The position numbers and the translations under genes were made by a program. Under the pieces are notes generated by a model, which had not been told where the DNA came from, searched no databases, and saw only the letters and a list, made by a program, of their open reading frames with translations. A DNA stretch of 64,000 nucleotides, taken from Azolla caroliniana. Lineage: Eukaryota; Plantae; Polypodiophyta. Location: assembly GCA_043228905.1 (NCBI GenBank), contig JBHGNT010000012.1:17484001-17548000 (forward strand), given 5' to 3'. Position 1 is the first letter of the stretch. Each line of letters opens with the position of its first letter. This document shows, one piece after another, positions 11,851 to 24,780 of this stretch.

Positions 11851-14693
11851 ACCCTGCCGTGTTTCTAGATACGAAAACAATCAATTCGATGAAATTAAGA
11901 GCATTTGCATGTTTGTGTTGGACCTGAACGATCCGTTTCTTTGGAACAACTATGTATTTGAAGCAATTACCACCTTCATAACTTGTTCTTCGAGAGTATT
12001 TACAGATATATTTGTATCCTAGGTTAAGCCCTAAAATTCCCCTTTTCGTACCTAGTGTAAAACAAGTAAGAATGCTTTTTTTAGAGGCAGTTCAGATCAT
12101 GTTCCATTCGAAACACGACAAAGTTGTAAAAGTTTACAATGGGTACATGGGGCATGGCTTTTGTTTAAAATCGCTCTAGAAAATATAGTTGCAATTTATC
12201 AAATTTGGCAAAGTGGCCTAGTTCGAACTACTTGAACCAATTCACTATTTGGCGTTTTAAGGACAACGAAAACTCAACAATCTTTAATGTTTTCTACTCA
12301 TTTGCACTCCACCATTAGTAAAAAAACGGTTGGTGTTCCAAATACTTGGAAGTAGATGATATAATTGTTCTAGTCCTATACACCATGGACTTCATGTACA
12401 TGTAAAGGTATGACATATTGTATATTTGGGATTGTTTATAAGGTAAGGTTGGCGGTGGTGGTAAACCATGTGGTTTGATGGCTGATATGATTGGCATGTC
12501 GAGTTTCCTTGAGTGTGTATAGTAAGCATTGGAATTTGTAAAGCCAACTATGCCTGATTTGATGTATGTCAAAGAGCTCCATATGAAAATCTTCTACTTT
12601 CACAAGCCACAAAAGCTCATACATTGAGAAACTGATGTAATGCGTGCAACCCATGTATGGAAAACAATATGTATGGTTACATTATGGATCCTAATAATGG
12701 AAGTATCGTTGTTAAAGATGATATGATTCCAGAATTCCTCTTCCCTTAGATATATTGCCGGAATTATGGGAGAGCTTATTGGTGGTAGTGTGTGGGCAAT
12801 ATGACAATGTGTCGGGCTCTTCGGAGGTGGTTGTTAAGAAAAGGAAAAAATTAATGCAGTTATGGAAGAACTTGCCTCTGTTCACGATCTCCTCTCAAGG
12901 ATCGATATGGAAATATCATCACCCTTGGTCCTTGCCTTGATCATCCTTTTTGTATATAACACGATCTGATTGTACATTTTGTAGCCTTCCAACACTTTTT
13001 CTTAATATTAATGAAGGCAATCTTTTTTGAAAAAAAAACATCTCTATGCTTGAGGCATCTATTTCTACTAGCATAACTTGAGAGGATGTGGAGGATTGAC
13101 TCAAAATTGTCTCATTAGCATTTACATTTTTTTCTCTATCCCATTCTACACACAATAAGTGCAACATTATAACCCTCACTCCATAAATCAATAATTTATT
13201 CACACAAGATTTCACGCACCTCAATCGGTATGAGGAACATTTCGAAATATAGATGTCTCAAATGGCACTCAAGGGAAACACACCCAATTGCAGGTGCCAT
13301 CACAACTATATGGACTAATCTAGGGGTATACTTGCGTGTACAATTCGAAAACCTATAGGGTGATTCAGAGTCTCAAGAGTTGGCACGAGAACATTGGCTC
13401 TCACCCCTTGGGCCAACAAATCACCCATATTGCTTTCCGTGATATCAATGTCTAACTGCTTTCAAAAGCTTGCTAGTTATGTCTTGAGGCTTGTGGAAAA
13501 ATAACAGGTTTTGTCAAGTAGACGTTTCCTATTATGGGGACAACAATTGCCCCACCTTTTTTTATTATCTAAGGTGTCACACAATGATAACCAAATTTAT
13601 ATGAAAACGACCTGTAAATAGTCGAGTATCTATGGATACTTAAGAGTGTACATTGACTGGAAAAAAAACAAATTTCACCCACCTCGTGTTACTCTAGTTG
13701 GACCATGATCTTGTCAGACTTTTTACTACTCTTTCTAGACTTCTCCTTTGTAGAATAATCTAAGCACCTAGTGAATAATCTACAATAGCTTTTATCCCTA
13801 TTACTATCCTCATAAATAAGGCCGTTAGATAATAATCTACAATAGCCCTTATCATAGATTGACAAACCCCATTCTTTTTTACTTGGATTGGTTTTCCAAT
13901 CCAACATATCATTGGGTATAAATCCCCCTTTGGGTTATTAGTGGAAATCGATTGACTAAAGCATATTATTGACTATTTTTTCCAAGAAGCATTTCTTTAA
14001 AGCATATTGTTGACCAATTTCTTCCAAGAATAGACCACCATAGCATTAGTCTCATATCCCTTGAGTATCACTTTGGTTACATAGTTTCTCAGAAGCATAT
14101 CAACAATTGTTGTTTTTTGAGAGTCAAAATTTTGAACTATCAACATTAAATAACATCAATGCCACTTCCCATCCTTGATATCACTTTGGTTGCATTGATT
14201 TTCAAACATGATTTATTCCAACCTACTTGAAGTTGAAGATTAAAACATACACTCCACCTGTTAGTGCATCAATACTAATGTATTTAAATCTTTGCACCAC
14301 TTGTTTGGTTCTCCCTTACATGCAAAAATGGGGTACTTCATTGAATGGCACTTACTGCCATCATTTTTATTTTGTCCTCATCAACAACATGCCCACTATG
14401 ATTTTCAATGGTTTGCAATACATCACATTTCGAAAAGAGATATGGATATCAAAGAGTTATACTAAATAGCTTGGATTATTCATGCATTAACAATTTTGTT
14501 GGTTGTATTTGTATATCTCATTATCTTGTATCTTATTCTAGGGACTAACCTCAAAATACAAATTGAAGACAAATATTTCCAAAATGAACTAAATAAATGG
14601 TGACTCCAAGATGCATGAGAATCATGTTGGGATCCAAGACCTTGTTTTGGTGGGTTAACATCTTAAACTATCTATGCCAAGTGTACCAACAAC

Positions 14694-16515
14694 AAGGTAG
14701 ATGTGGTGCTCCTAGATTATGAGAAAGCATATGATAGGGTATGCTGGAAATTTCTAGAAAGTGTGATGGGGAAACTAGGCTTTCAAGAGTCATGGATCAA
14801 AGACACATTAGGACTTTATAGGAACGCCAACAATTGCGTTTCACTAGTAGGTGAAAGGGCCCCTTCTTCCGAATATCGTTATCTGTACGACAGGGATGCC
14901 CACTGGTTGCATCCTTATTTCTATTATACGCTGAAGCACTCTCTAGCTTTCTCAACTCGCAGCATCTAAACCTATGTGGTCTTCCCGTGCTGCACTCTCA
15001 CCAAAGCCTCACGGATATAGAATTTGCAGATGACACCGGAGTCTACTTGTAAGCAGACTTGGAAAATCTACAAAACCTAGAAAGTGGATTAGCCGTATTT
15101 TGTAAGGGATCAAACGCCATGATCAATTGGCACAAATCCTGTGCAATATGGCTTTCTCATGAAGCACATCCTACATGGCAACCACATCCCGCTTTCAAGT
15201 GGATAAATCAGGGAGCGAGCACTAAATATTTGGGTTTCCAAATTGGATTCAACATTCCTCCGGAGACTATGATTGCACTAGTTATTCACTCCATTCGACA
15301 AAAGTTAATACATTGCAGCTTGAAAAACTCTCACTAGTAGGTTGCATCATGGTGGCAAACCAAGTATTACTCGCAACAACATGGTACAACCATTCATGTT
15401 GGACAATATCCAAGGAAAGTATATACTAGATTCAACGATTGGTATGCAACTACATTTGGTATGGTAAGGAAGTTCATGTAGCCCGAGCCAAGGTGGCATG
15501 GCCTATACTCACATCACCTAAGTATCACCTAAGTCGAGAGGAGGATTGGGTCTGATTGATCCCCTCTCACAATCCAAAGCCCTACTTGCCAAATTTGTGG
15601 TGCGTGGACTCCAACCAAGGGATGACTGCGGGAAAAATGCTACTGAGGCTACGTTTCACTTTAGGCCATGAAAAGGGGCCAATTGGGCCCCTCAAACGGG
15701 ATGGATTCTAAACATGGATCTAAAACCTCGTTTCTCACGCCAATTAAGGGATAGATTCAGTGCATCCATGTGGAAGGCATGGTGTGACATTCGACAAGGG
15801 CTCAAGTGCCTGCTTGGCTTAGTCAACACATATATGTGGAACCCATGTGTCAAAGATGAAGCTGATCAACTAATTGGCTCAAGTAAGGGATTGTCTTGGT
15901 GATACATTGCAAAAGGTCCAAGAAAGAGTATAGAATGTCGGAGATGGTTTATGGCATTGTCAATACAAGATCAAGACAACATACTCCATGGAATCAAGAG
16001 CGAGTGGACTATGAGATCTGAAATAATTAACGCTCTACTGCTTAGGGAAGTTCCTAAGCAAAGGATGAAAATGGAGAAGTGGATGGGCTATGATGAAGAG
16101 GGCTCTTTGATCCCAAGAGTTAGAGAACCACCGGCCAGGATTGAAAGTCATGAATTGCGAGGCAATGAGGCACTAACATTGAATACGACAATTCGAGTAC
16201 TCACATATACTGGTCATAAATGGATTATAGATCCCAATCCGATCAAAGTACAACCAAAATGGCATGAGAAGACATGACTACGTAAGGTTAGTTGGGACCC
16301 TTTGCAATGGATGTGGCGTGATCCTTATGCGGGTCAAGGAGGCAAAGCCATCCCTTTCTTCCAATTCACGACTAGATTGGGTCGCCACATTCTAGCTGCT
16401 CAAAATGCTCAAGAGTCGACTATTGCAAAGGTCACATATCATGTTCATCACACAATTATCACCAAGTTTTGGCAAAAAATTTGGAAACAACATCATGCGA
16501 GGCAAATTACCACGT
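14694..16515 (+). mobile_element. Degenerate L1-like LINE ORF2 (RT domain), left part
   Basis: LDYEKAYDRVCW, RQGCPL, EFADDT, INWHKS, YLGF and GGLGLID motifs across frameshifts and stops. Interrupted at 16516 and resumes in frame at 23322 (ITT|FQWLLIHKALP). Confidence 0.88.
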
Positions 16516-19237
16516 TGTCGCGTTGTTATGAACGTGCGTATAGAACGAGGCGGGATCACGGGGGTCTTGGACCAGGGAATAACCGATCAGGAGTAGGAGC
16601 AAGAAAGACAACGGTCGTGCTTCCACACACACACACACACACACACAGATACATTGAAACCACAACCGAATGAAACAACGGAAATGAGGCGAATGCGTAT
16701 ATGTATATATATATTCTGATAAAAAGGGGTTACAACCGTCAGGCCGGTGAGCGACAAATCCCCTACGCCTACGCACACGCACACAGAAGAGCGAGATGCA
16801 GACTCTACCGGAAGCACTCGGGAGTTCCGCGGAGCAAAGTCAGCCTCCTGAAACCTGCACCGAGCAAATATAGAGAAAGACGGAGGAGAAGAGCTCGGTC
16901 CGAGTCCAGCAGCACTTCGTCCTCGACAAAAGCAATCCCCATTACGATTCGTCTCCCTCTCTTTTATAGCCCATGGAGGGAGGCCGTTACAATTTGTTAC
17001 ATCATCTTTATTCTCTGTCCTTTCGGACAAAGATATGCCTCGATTTCCTACCTATCAAATCCGTGCGACCTAGGATATTCACATCAACCGACTTGTACCT
17101 AAATATGCACATTACAACAAAACTTGTGTCCGCGTGTAAGGGCCGGTTCGCGCACATCATTCTCCGATTCTGCCTAGGGACGGTTTTCTCCATGACATCC
17201 ACCCCCACATAACCCGCATCCACCGGTATGCGCCAAGATAGACTCTTGCCGGAGAAGACCGGCCCGCGCTTACCCTTCGTCCTCTGGATCGCCATTGGCT
17301 CCAAACCGGTCGTCCTCACTATCCAAGTCGTCTGGGTCCGGTTCATCCTCGTGCCGCTTTTTGAATGCTTTGATCCTTTTCCTGGCCACCGGTACTGCCA
17401 TCCTCATCCCATCAAGCTTCGCGAGATGGTAGGTCCCGTTGTCATTGACGCTTATCACCACGAAAGGCCCGAACCACCTCCTTGCGAACTTCCGCATCGC
17501 CTTGTGTTGATTATCAAAGCTATTGTCGTACATCAACACCTAATCGCCTTTTTGATCTTCTTCGGTCTCAGCCGGTGTGTTCAATCGAACCGGCCTTTGT
17601 TCCTTTCATGCGCCGTACGTAGCTTCGCCATCGCCTTCTCCACGTCCTTAGGTCGTCACTCGAGCTGCTGAATCCGCGCCGCCAGCAACTCTTCCCGGCT
17701 CATCTCGTCCTTCCAATCAACTGCGACCCACGACGTGATCGTCCGTTCAATCGGCATAATCGGTTTTTGCCTGTACATCAACTCCGTTGGCATGAACCCT
17801 GTCACCGAACTGTGTGTAGTCTGGTCCACCCACAACGCGTAGGGTAGAAGCCGCGGCCAATTCCCGACCTGCCCTTCACACGCTTGTACCAAAGCCTTCA
17901 CGATCGGTCCATGTCCGTGTTCATCCTTCCCGTTCGCCTCTGGATTGTATGTCGTAGTGAGGGAGAGCCTGACCCCTAACCTGTCAAACAACTCCTCAGC
18001 TTACTGCGCGTCCAACTCTCCCCAATCTGCCACGATTTTCCCTACGCACCTGTACCAGCATACCACTTCTTCGATCAGAAATTGGCACACGACCGTAGTC
18101 ATTTTGTTCGGCAACACTCGGCCTTCCACCTGGTTCGTCAGGTCCTCTTGAGCCAACACCAGATATCGCATCTGCCCTACCCCCATCAACATCGTCACCA
18201 GATCCACCATCCACTTGAAGTGGACGGTCGGAGGGTAGGTCGGCTGGAGCTCGTCCCGATGTCGGACTATGGAGTGCATCTTACAGCTTTCGCAAGCCGT
18301 CACGAACCAATGCACGTCCCGGTATAGTCCCGACCACTTGTACTTCCCCTTTAGCTTCTCGAATGTGGCCCACGTCCCGCGGTGGCCGGCATAGGCGTGG
18401 TATGCCGTCAGCAGTTCCATCTGTTCCTCTTTCTTCGCCACAACCCGAAGCAGGATGTCGTTTCTCTTCTTTGAGTGCTTCCATATGCACCCATCCCGTA
18501 GGAAGAATCGGTACGCTTTCTTCCGAATCCGGTTGGTCTCTTCCTTCGTCCACGCCACATCCGGTGTCATTGTCTTCAGGAACCCGCCGATCTGGAGCCA
18601 CTCCCCGTCGTACTTGATCTCGTCGAACTCGTTAAGCGCCGGAGTGCTCCCCTTTCTTGTTGTTACGTAAGCTGTCTCGAAGAAGTCCACGCCGACTTCT
18701 TCGTCCTCTGAAACCATGCCGTCCTCATCATCGAATCTCGCCCTCGAAAGCATGTCGGCCATGGCGTTGTCCTTTCCGGAAATGTGTCGTATTTCCGGAT
18801 TAAGGGACTTGATGTACGCTATCCACCTGAGCATTGCCAGGTCCGGCGTTGCGCATTTGGAAACCATACCGAGAATTGGTAGGCAGTCCGTCTCAATTAT
18901 CACTTTCGTCCCGATCAGGTAGTCTTTGTCAGCCTTGACCGCCAAAACGATACCCCAAAGTTCGCGTTTAACCTAGGCGTACCCTCCCTGTCGTTCACTA
19001 AGGACCTTTGCGCCAAACCGGATGGGGAACCTCGTGCCATTCTCATCCTCCTGGTTGATCACCCATCCGATTCCGGTTGGACTCGTGTCTACGGTCACGT
19101 AAATCTGAGTGTCTTTAACGTAGATCGCTTTCCGGAGTGCCGGCACCACAACAAGTGCCTCTTTCATTTTACGGACTGACTCCGTATGTTCCTCTCTCCA
19201 CTCGAATTTACGCCCTTTCTTCAACAATCCATATAGC

Positions 19238-20021
19238 TGTTGCAAAACAGTGCTCGGCCACAACCGAGGAATAGGATCAACACTTGAAAACAGGAAATAC
19301 AGAATGCACGAGACAATAGAAAGAGAGAGTACACAGAATATTTTACGTGGAAAACCCTAAATGGGAAAAACCACGGGAGTTCTCAGACTCCAACCATCAC
19401 TATGAACAGGGATGTACAATGGTGAAGCTACAAGGCAACAACCTTGTGCTCACTGTCTTCGCCACAGGCGGCGGCAATACACAGAGGCAACGACCTCTTC
19501 GTCTCTCTCCCTCTCTCTCTCGGCTGCTCTCACTTCGCATAAAAATGAGCAACAACAAAACTGTTTGCCCTAAGTCATATTTATACACATATGACTTTCG
19601 GGCTATTCACAGATATAGCCTCAAGGGCTCTTGGCAAAACATATTCAAAAATATGTCCCCGCATCCGGATCTCCCTCCGGGTACATTCGTCATCCGGCTC
19701 CGTAACCGGGGTCTTCGTCATCCGGCTCCGTAGCCGGGGTATTCATCATCCGGCTCCGTAGCCGGGGTCTTCATCATCCGGCTCCGTAGCCGGGGTCTTC
19801 GTCATCCGGCTCCGTAGCCGGGGTATTCATCATCCGGCTCCGTAGCCGGGGTCTTCATCATCCGGCTCCGTAACCGGGGTCTTCGTCATCCGGCTCCGTA
19901 GCCGGGGTATTCATCATCCGGCTCCGTAGCCGGGGTCTTCATCATCCGGCTCCGTAACCGCAACCGGGCTTGCCGTCATTCATCTCCGGACATCCCATCC
20001 GGAGGGACCGAAATCCCAACA
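19238..20021. mobile_element. Solo LTR inserted in the gypsy RT/RNase H junction
   Basis: TGTTG...CAACA termini with 5-bp TSD ATAGC (19233-19237 and 20022-20026); host pol continues on both sides. Confidence 0.92.
19680..19960. repeat. 28-bp minisatellite, ~10 copies, inside the solo LTR
   Basis: Unit GGGGT(C/A)TTC(G/A)TCATCCGGCTCCGTA(G/A)CC, head-to-tail with no spacers. Confidence 0.93.
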
Positions 20022-23000
20022 ATAGCGGCTCCGCTGTGGGATCCAAATATGGTAGAGCGCACATGCTCCCAAGAATCTTAGGACTTCCGTGACCGAATTG
20101 CAATCGCGCTTCATCACGGAGATGGCCCCTACCTTGGCCAACAACAGTTTCCGACCGAATGGCCCACATAGGTGTTCGATGACCATGATCTCCGATTGCT
20201 CGAAGGCCGATTTTTCCTCAGAGAAGGTGACCCTCGTGCCTTCTAGTCTTTGCAGCAACTTCTCGCAGTCATCGACGTGGTCCGCCACGAATTTCCGGCA
20301 TCCGTCCGGTCCGATTGTCTCGTCCTTATCCTCCACCGAGCACCCTTTGAACAGGATGTCGTCAAAGAATGGCATGGTGATGTCCGGGATACAATCCCTT
20401 AGCACTTTGTTCATTGCGTTCACCATGTGGGCCACCGAGTTCGTCCCTCCTTGCGGAAGGGTACACATCCGTACTAGGCTTAGAGGAGTCTGCATCGTCG
20501 TAATGTCCTTGCTCTCCACGGCTAGCTGGAACTGATCGTATCCCGAGTACAGATCACCGACCGAGTAAATTGACTTTCCGGTGAAGGCCTCTACGAACTC
20601 GTCTATGGTCGGTTCGATTCCTGCGTTCCGAATGGTCACCTTGTTGACCGGTTGCAAGTCCTGAATGAAGCGCATCGTGTTGTTCTTCTTGGGCACGGTA
20701 AACCACCGATTAGAATACGGGGCACTCGACGGTTCGAGGATGCCCATATCCACCTTCTGTTTCAGCAGCTCCATCAGCTTCGAGATGTGAGTTCTAGGTA
20801 CTAGAATCAGTTTGAGATTCCACGGTACATGTGGTACCGTGAAGATCACCATCGGTTCCACAATCGTCGGGTCGACGCACCCGATCTCCTCCGGCGAGAA
20901 TGCGAAGGCCTTTCCGTGCCTCCCGAGCATTCTCCGAAATTGGTCCTCCTCTGCCGGCAATAGAAACCCACCCCCACCGACCTTGAGCTCCCGTAGCGTT
21001 ATGTCGGTGAATCAGTGCCCTATGTCGGCCGGTTGCCGTAGACTTGGGTCCGACGCGACCCCTTTTTTCCGCTCTTCGTTGCCCTCCGGCAAGGGTGCCG
21101 CGACTGGCCTCACCTTCCGGTCCACAGTCTTGTACCTGGTATCCACTCGGGCCGTTCGATCGGACCCAACCCTTTCCCTGAAGTCAGCGATGACTTCGTA
21201 CATCTCTACTGAGCTAACCGGAACTGCTTGGTCTTCTCTAAGGCATCCTTCAACAACCTCGCGTACTTCTCCCAAGGTGTCATCGAAGGACACAACCTCC
21301 ACGGCACCACCAATCTCCTCGCCAGGGCCGAGGACTCCGTACGCCCCGAGTCTTTCTTCTGCCCTCTTCTTTGCCCGACCACTAATGCCGGCTATAGTAC
21401 AACCTCCGTTATCGGAGAACCAAAATTTCCTATCTATGGTACATGTGTGGGGTTCTTCCGGGGTGTCCGGACTATCGCGGCCCCACGCCTTGATAGCCGT
21501 CTCTAATAATCCCCTCGGCTCTTGCCGCCGAGGGTCTCACGGTTACGCTCATGGTTCGGCCTCACCGTAAAAAATTGAACGGAGCGTTGTCCGTCCTGGC
21601 TCTTCACGCACGCGTACGTCGATCCGTTGTCGATGTGGAGTAGTGGACAACCTCAGTATGTCGCACCGCGGCTTCCTCCATCAAGCGCTTCATCCCGCCG
21701 GGCCCGATGTTCAACTCCAGGGCTTTCTATGTGTCACCGGCATGCACCCGCCCATTCCAGAGGTACACCACGTTGGTCCGGAGTGCCTCTGCGAAATCCG
21801 TGCATTCTTTCCGGATGTGACCGACCGCGTCACACCACATGCATCGCTGCCCTGTCAGCGGCCTCCGGTCACGAGGTTGATCGCCATTGTCCCTTCGTGC
21901 TTGTGCGATTTGAAGGTCGCGCACCATTTGCGTCAACTCTTCCAGAGCCTCTCCTCCGGAAGAGCCTTGGACCATTCTACTCGAGGCTAGGCCCGTCTCG
22001 AGCCAATTCCAGGTCTCTTCCTTCCTAGCCGGCACTAATACCGGCTCCTCGAGCTTCCTCGCCATCATCCGTCTCCAATAGGAGAGCCACCTTCTCCCAA
22101 TCCAGCACGTGCACAGACTTGACGAACAACAAGACCCTGCTCGTGTCGAGCACGGTCCGATCCAGCGCCGACAACCTAGTGAATCGTTGTTCGAATTCCT
22201 GGAGGAGCACCGACGTGTTTCTCCCCTTTCCAGGGCTCTCAACCGAAGCCATGAAGTCCCGCTTCGACAACCGAATCGAATCGTCATACCCGTACTTCTC
22301 GAGGAGCCGCCCCTCGAGCTCCACCCAAGCATGGCATCCGGCCAACACCTCGAGCACCTCCGCATGGATGCTCGGCGTCACCACTCAAGGGAATCCGGAC
22401 AGTCGTCCGTCCTCCGGGATGTCCCTCATGATCATTTCAGCCCGATAGGCCTCCAAATAGCTCATGGCATTCTTTCCACCGAATTAGCCTATGGTGCTGA
22501 CAATCGATTCTACGGCCCTATCAAGGGCACTCGTTCCTTCACGAGCACTCACTAGCCGGTCGACAACTACTACCATAGCTTTAGCAAGATCGGATCCCCT
22601 CATCTTTTCTATTCCTCTGCCGCATGTTCACGTCGGGTTCACCAAATTATGTCGCGTTGTTACGCGTGTGCGTATAGAACGAGGCGGGACCACGGGGGTC
22701 TTGGACCGGGGAATAACCAATCATGAGTAGGAGCAAGAAAGACAACGGTTGTGCTTCCACACACACACACACACAAATACACAGAAACCGCAACCGAATG
22801 AAATAACGGAAACGAGACAAATGTGTATATGTATATATATATATTCTGATAAAAAGGGGTGACAATCGTCAGGCCAGTGAGCGACAAATCCCCTACGCCT
22901 ACACGCACACAAAAGAGCGAGATGGAGACTCTACCGGAAGCACTCGGGTGTTCCGCGGAGCAAAGTCAGCCTCCTGAAACCTGCACCAAGCAAATATAGA

Positions 23001-23321
23001 GAAAGACGGAGGAGAAGAGCTCGGTCCCAGTCTGACAACACTTTTTCCTCGACAAAAGCGATCCCGATTACGATTCCTCTCCCTCTTTTATAGCCCATGG
23101 AGGGAGGCCGTTACAACATGTTACATCATCTTTATTCTCTGTCCTTTCGGACAGAGATATGCCTCGATTTCCTACCTATCAAATCCGTGCGACTTAGGAT
23201 ATTCACATCAGCCGACTTGTACCTAAATATGTACATTACAACAACACTTGTGCCCGCGTGTAAGGGTCTGTTCGCGCACATCATTCTCTGATTCCGCCTA
23301 GGGACGGTTTTCTCCACGACA

Positions 23322-23625
23322 ACGTTCCAATGGCTATTAATACATAAGGCACTACCGGTTGGAGTGTGGCATCGTGGGAAGCTTAGCTCTCCTAATTGTG
23401 TAGCGTGCCCAAATGCAACAGAATCAAACTGACATACTCTATGGGAATGCTCAGAGACCCATGGATTATGCCAAGTGCAAGGCACAATCATGGTAGTGGG
23501 GAAATGTATGTTGGTTATCATGGCAGGCCCCAATGGGTTCTTGATAGCACAGATCTTTGTCTTCTCTTCTACAAATGGGTTGTTTTATGAGGGTCATGGA
23601 ACAACCCCTCACGGATCTTTGTCTT
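23322..23625 (+). mobile_element. L1-like LINE ORF2, right part (zf-RVT region)
   Basis: TFQWLLIHKALPVG...CVACPNATES.HTLWEC continues the frame broken at 16515. Confidence 0.8.
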
Positions 23626-23634
23626 CTCTTTTGA

Positions 23635-24276
23635 AGAACGCTCTTGCTCTTGCTCTCGAACTCAGGCACTTTGTCTCTTTGTTTGTTGTTTTTCTTCTTT
23701 GTTTTCTCAGTTCTCAGTTTTCTTTGTTGTATACACTCTATGTATTCACCACTGTCTCTTGGTTGTCCTCTCTCAAAGTTGTTCTTGTACTTAGAGTTAT
23801 CTTTGTTCTCTCTCTCTCTCGTCTTTCTATATGTGTGTCTCTCCTTTCTTTTATGTGTTGCTCTCTCCCAGTTGCATGTTCTTCTTTTGGTGCAACGTCT
23901 CTTTTTGTCCCTGCACACAGACACACACACACATGTGTGTGTGTGTGTTATTTATAAATAATTATAACTATTACTTTTTGGTCTTGAGCCAATTCTTAAT
24001 CGGCTCTCAGCCGATTCGGCACTCAGTCGATTGTTGATGCTTAGCCGGCTCTCAACTCTCTGTCGACCCTAACTGGATCTAGGCGCTTAGCTAGCTCCAT
24101 GTTAGCTTTGTCACTCAGTAGGCACTCAGTTGCCTATCGGCTCTTCGACCCTTAGCCGACTCTCAATCGGTTGCAAACACTTGGCCAGTGCTTGGTTGTC
24201 TATCAACTCTCAGTCGTATGTCGGCTCTCGGCAGGCTATTAGTTATGGGCTCCACTTGAGTGGATGGACCCAACAC
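23635..24276 (-). mobile_element. LTR fragment, same family as 28035-28747
   Basis: Ends CCACTTGAGTGGATGGACCCAACA; CT-rich, (CA)n and TCGGC-rich blocks are collinear with 28035-28747. Confidence 0.6.
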
Positions 24277-24780
24277 TTAAGATTGCATATTTGAACAAGA
24301 CGATGTGCTTTAAGTAATCTTGCCGATTTATTGCAAATGTAACTTAGGGGTTGAATGTCTATGTCACATAAAGAAGTTGCCTTACATATTAGCACACGTT
24401 GCCATACAAATTAAATAAAATATGTATGTATTCTCTCTTTTTTCCCATTTTTTTTCCCAAAAAAAAACTCCTATTAGGTATAAAATTTTACAAATGAGAG
24501 TGTTATATACAAATCCCTGTAGGGACACGATAGTTCCATCTTATGTGGATGCCCACTAACTCAAGAAAGGGAGAGGACGACCATTGTTGGATGAAGGCTA
24601 GTTGTTGTCTTTCAACTCCATCAAAGCAACCCTTGAGATTTGGGCTAACCAATTCCAACACAACTTGAGATTTGGCAATAATAGGAGCTAAGTGGATTAT
24701 ACAACACTTCTCCTGTCCATCCATATCAAGTTCCTTCGTTCTGTGTTTTTCTTCTATTTTCTACTTTTTGTTGTCCATTT

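Larger units (their letters stand above)
16516..23321 (-). mobile_element. Ty3/gypsy LTR retrotransposon with both LTRs, degenerate, tRNA-Trp PBS, 4-bp TSD ACGT
   Basis: LTRs at 16516-17197 and 22650-23321 (TGTCG...GACA). TSD ACGT at 16512-16515 and 23322-23325. PBS TGGTGAACCCGACGTGA (~22628-22644) matches the plant tRNA-Trp 3' end. PPT at ~17198-17210. Gag CCHC (CMWCDAVGHIRKEC), RT (DLYSGYDQF, FFDD), RNase H (TDCLP) and integrase (YNPEANG, GPF) in gypsy order. Confidence 0.95.

Noticed and set aside
19680-19960. CRISPR-like 28-bp repeats (also the 44-bp array at 42197-42460)
   Set aside because: Head-to-tail with no unique spacers, no cas genes, eukaryotic transposon context.
22628-22644. 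tRNA-Trp gene
   Set aside because: Only the ~17-nt 3' end is present next to the LTR, so it is a primer-binding site.
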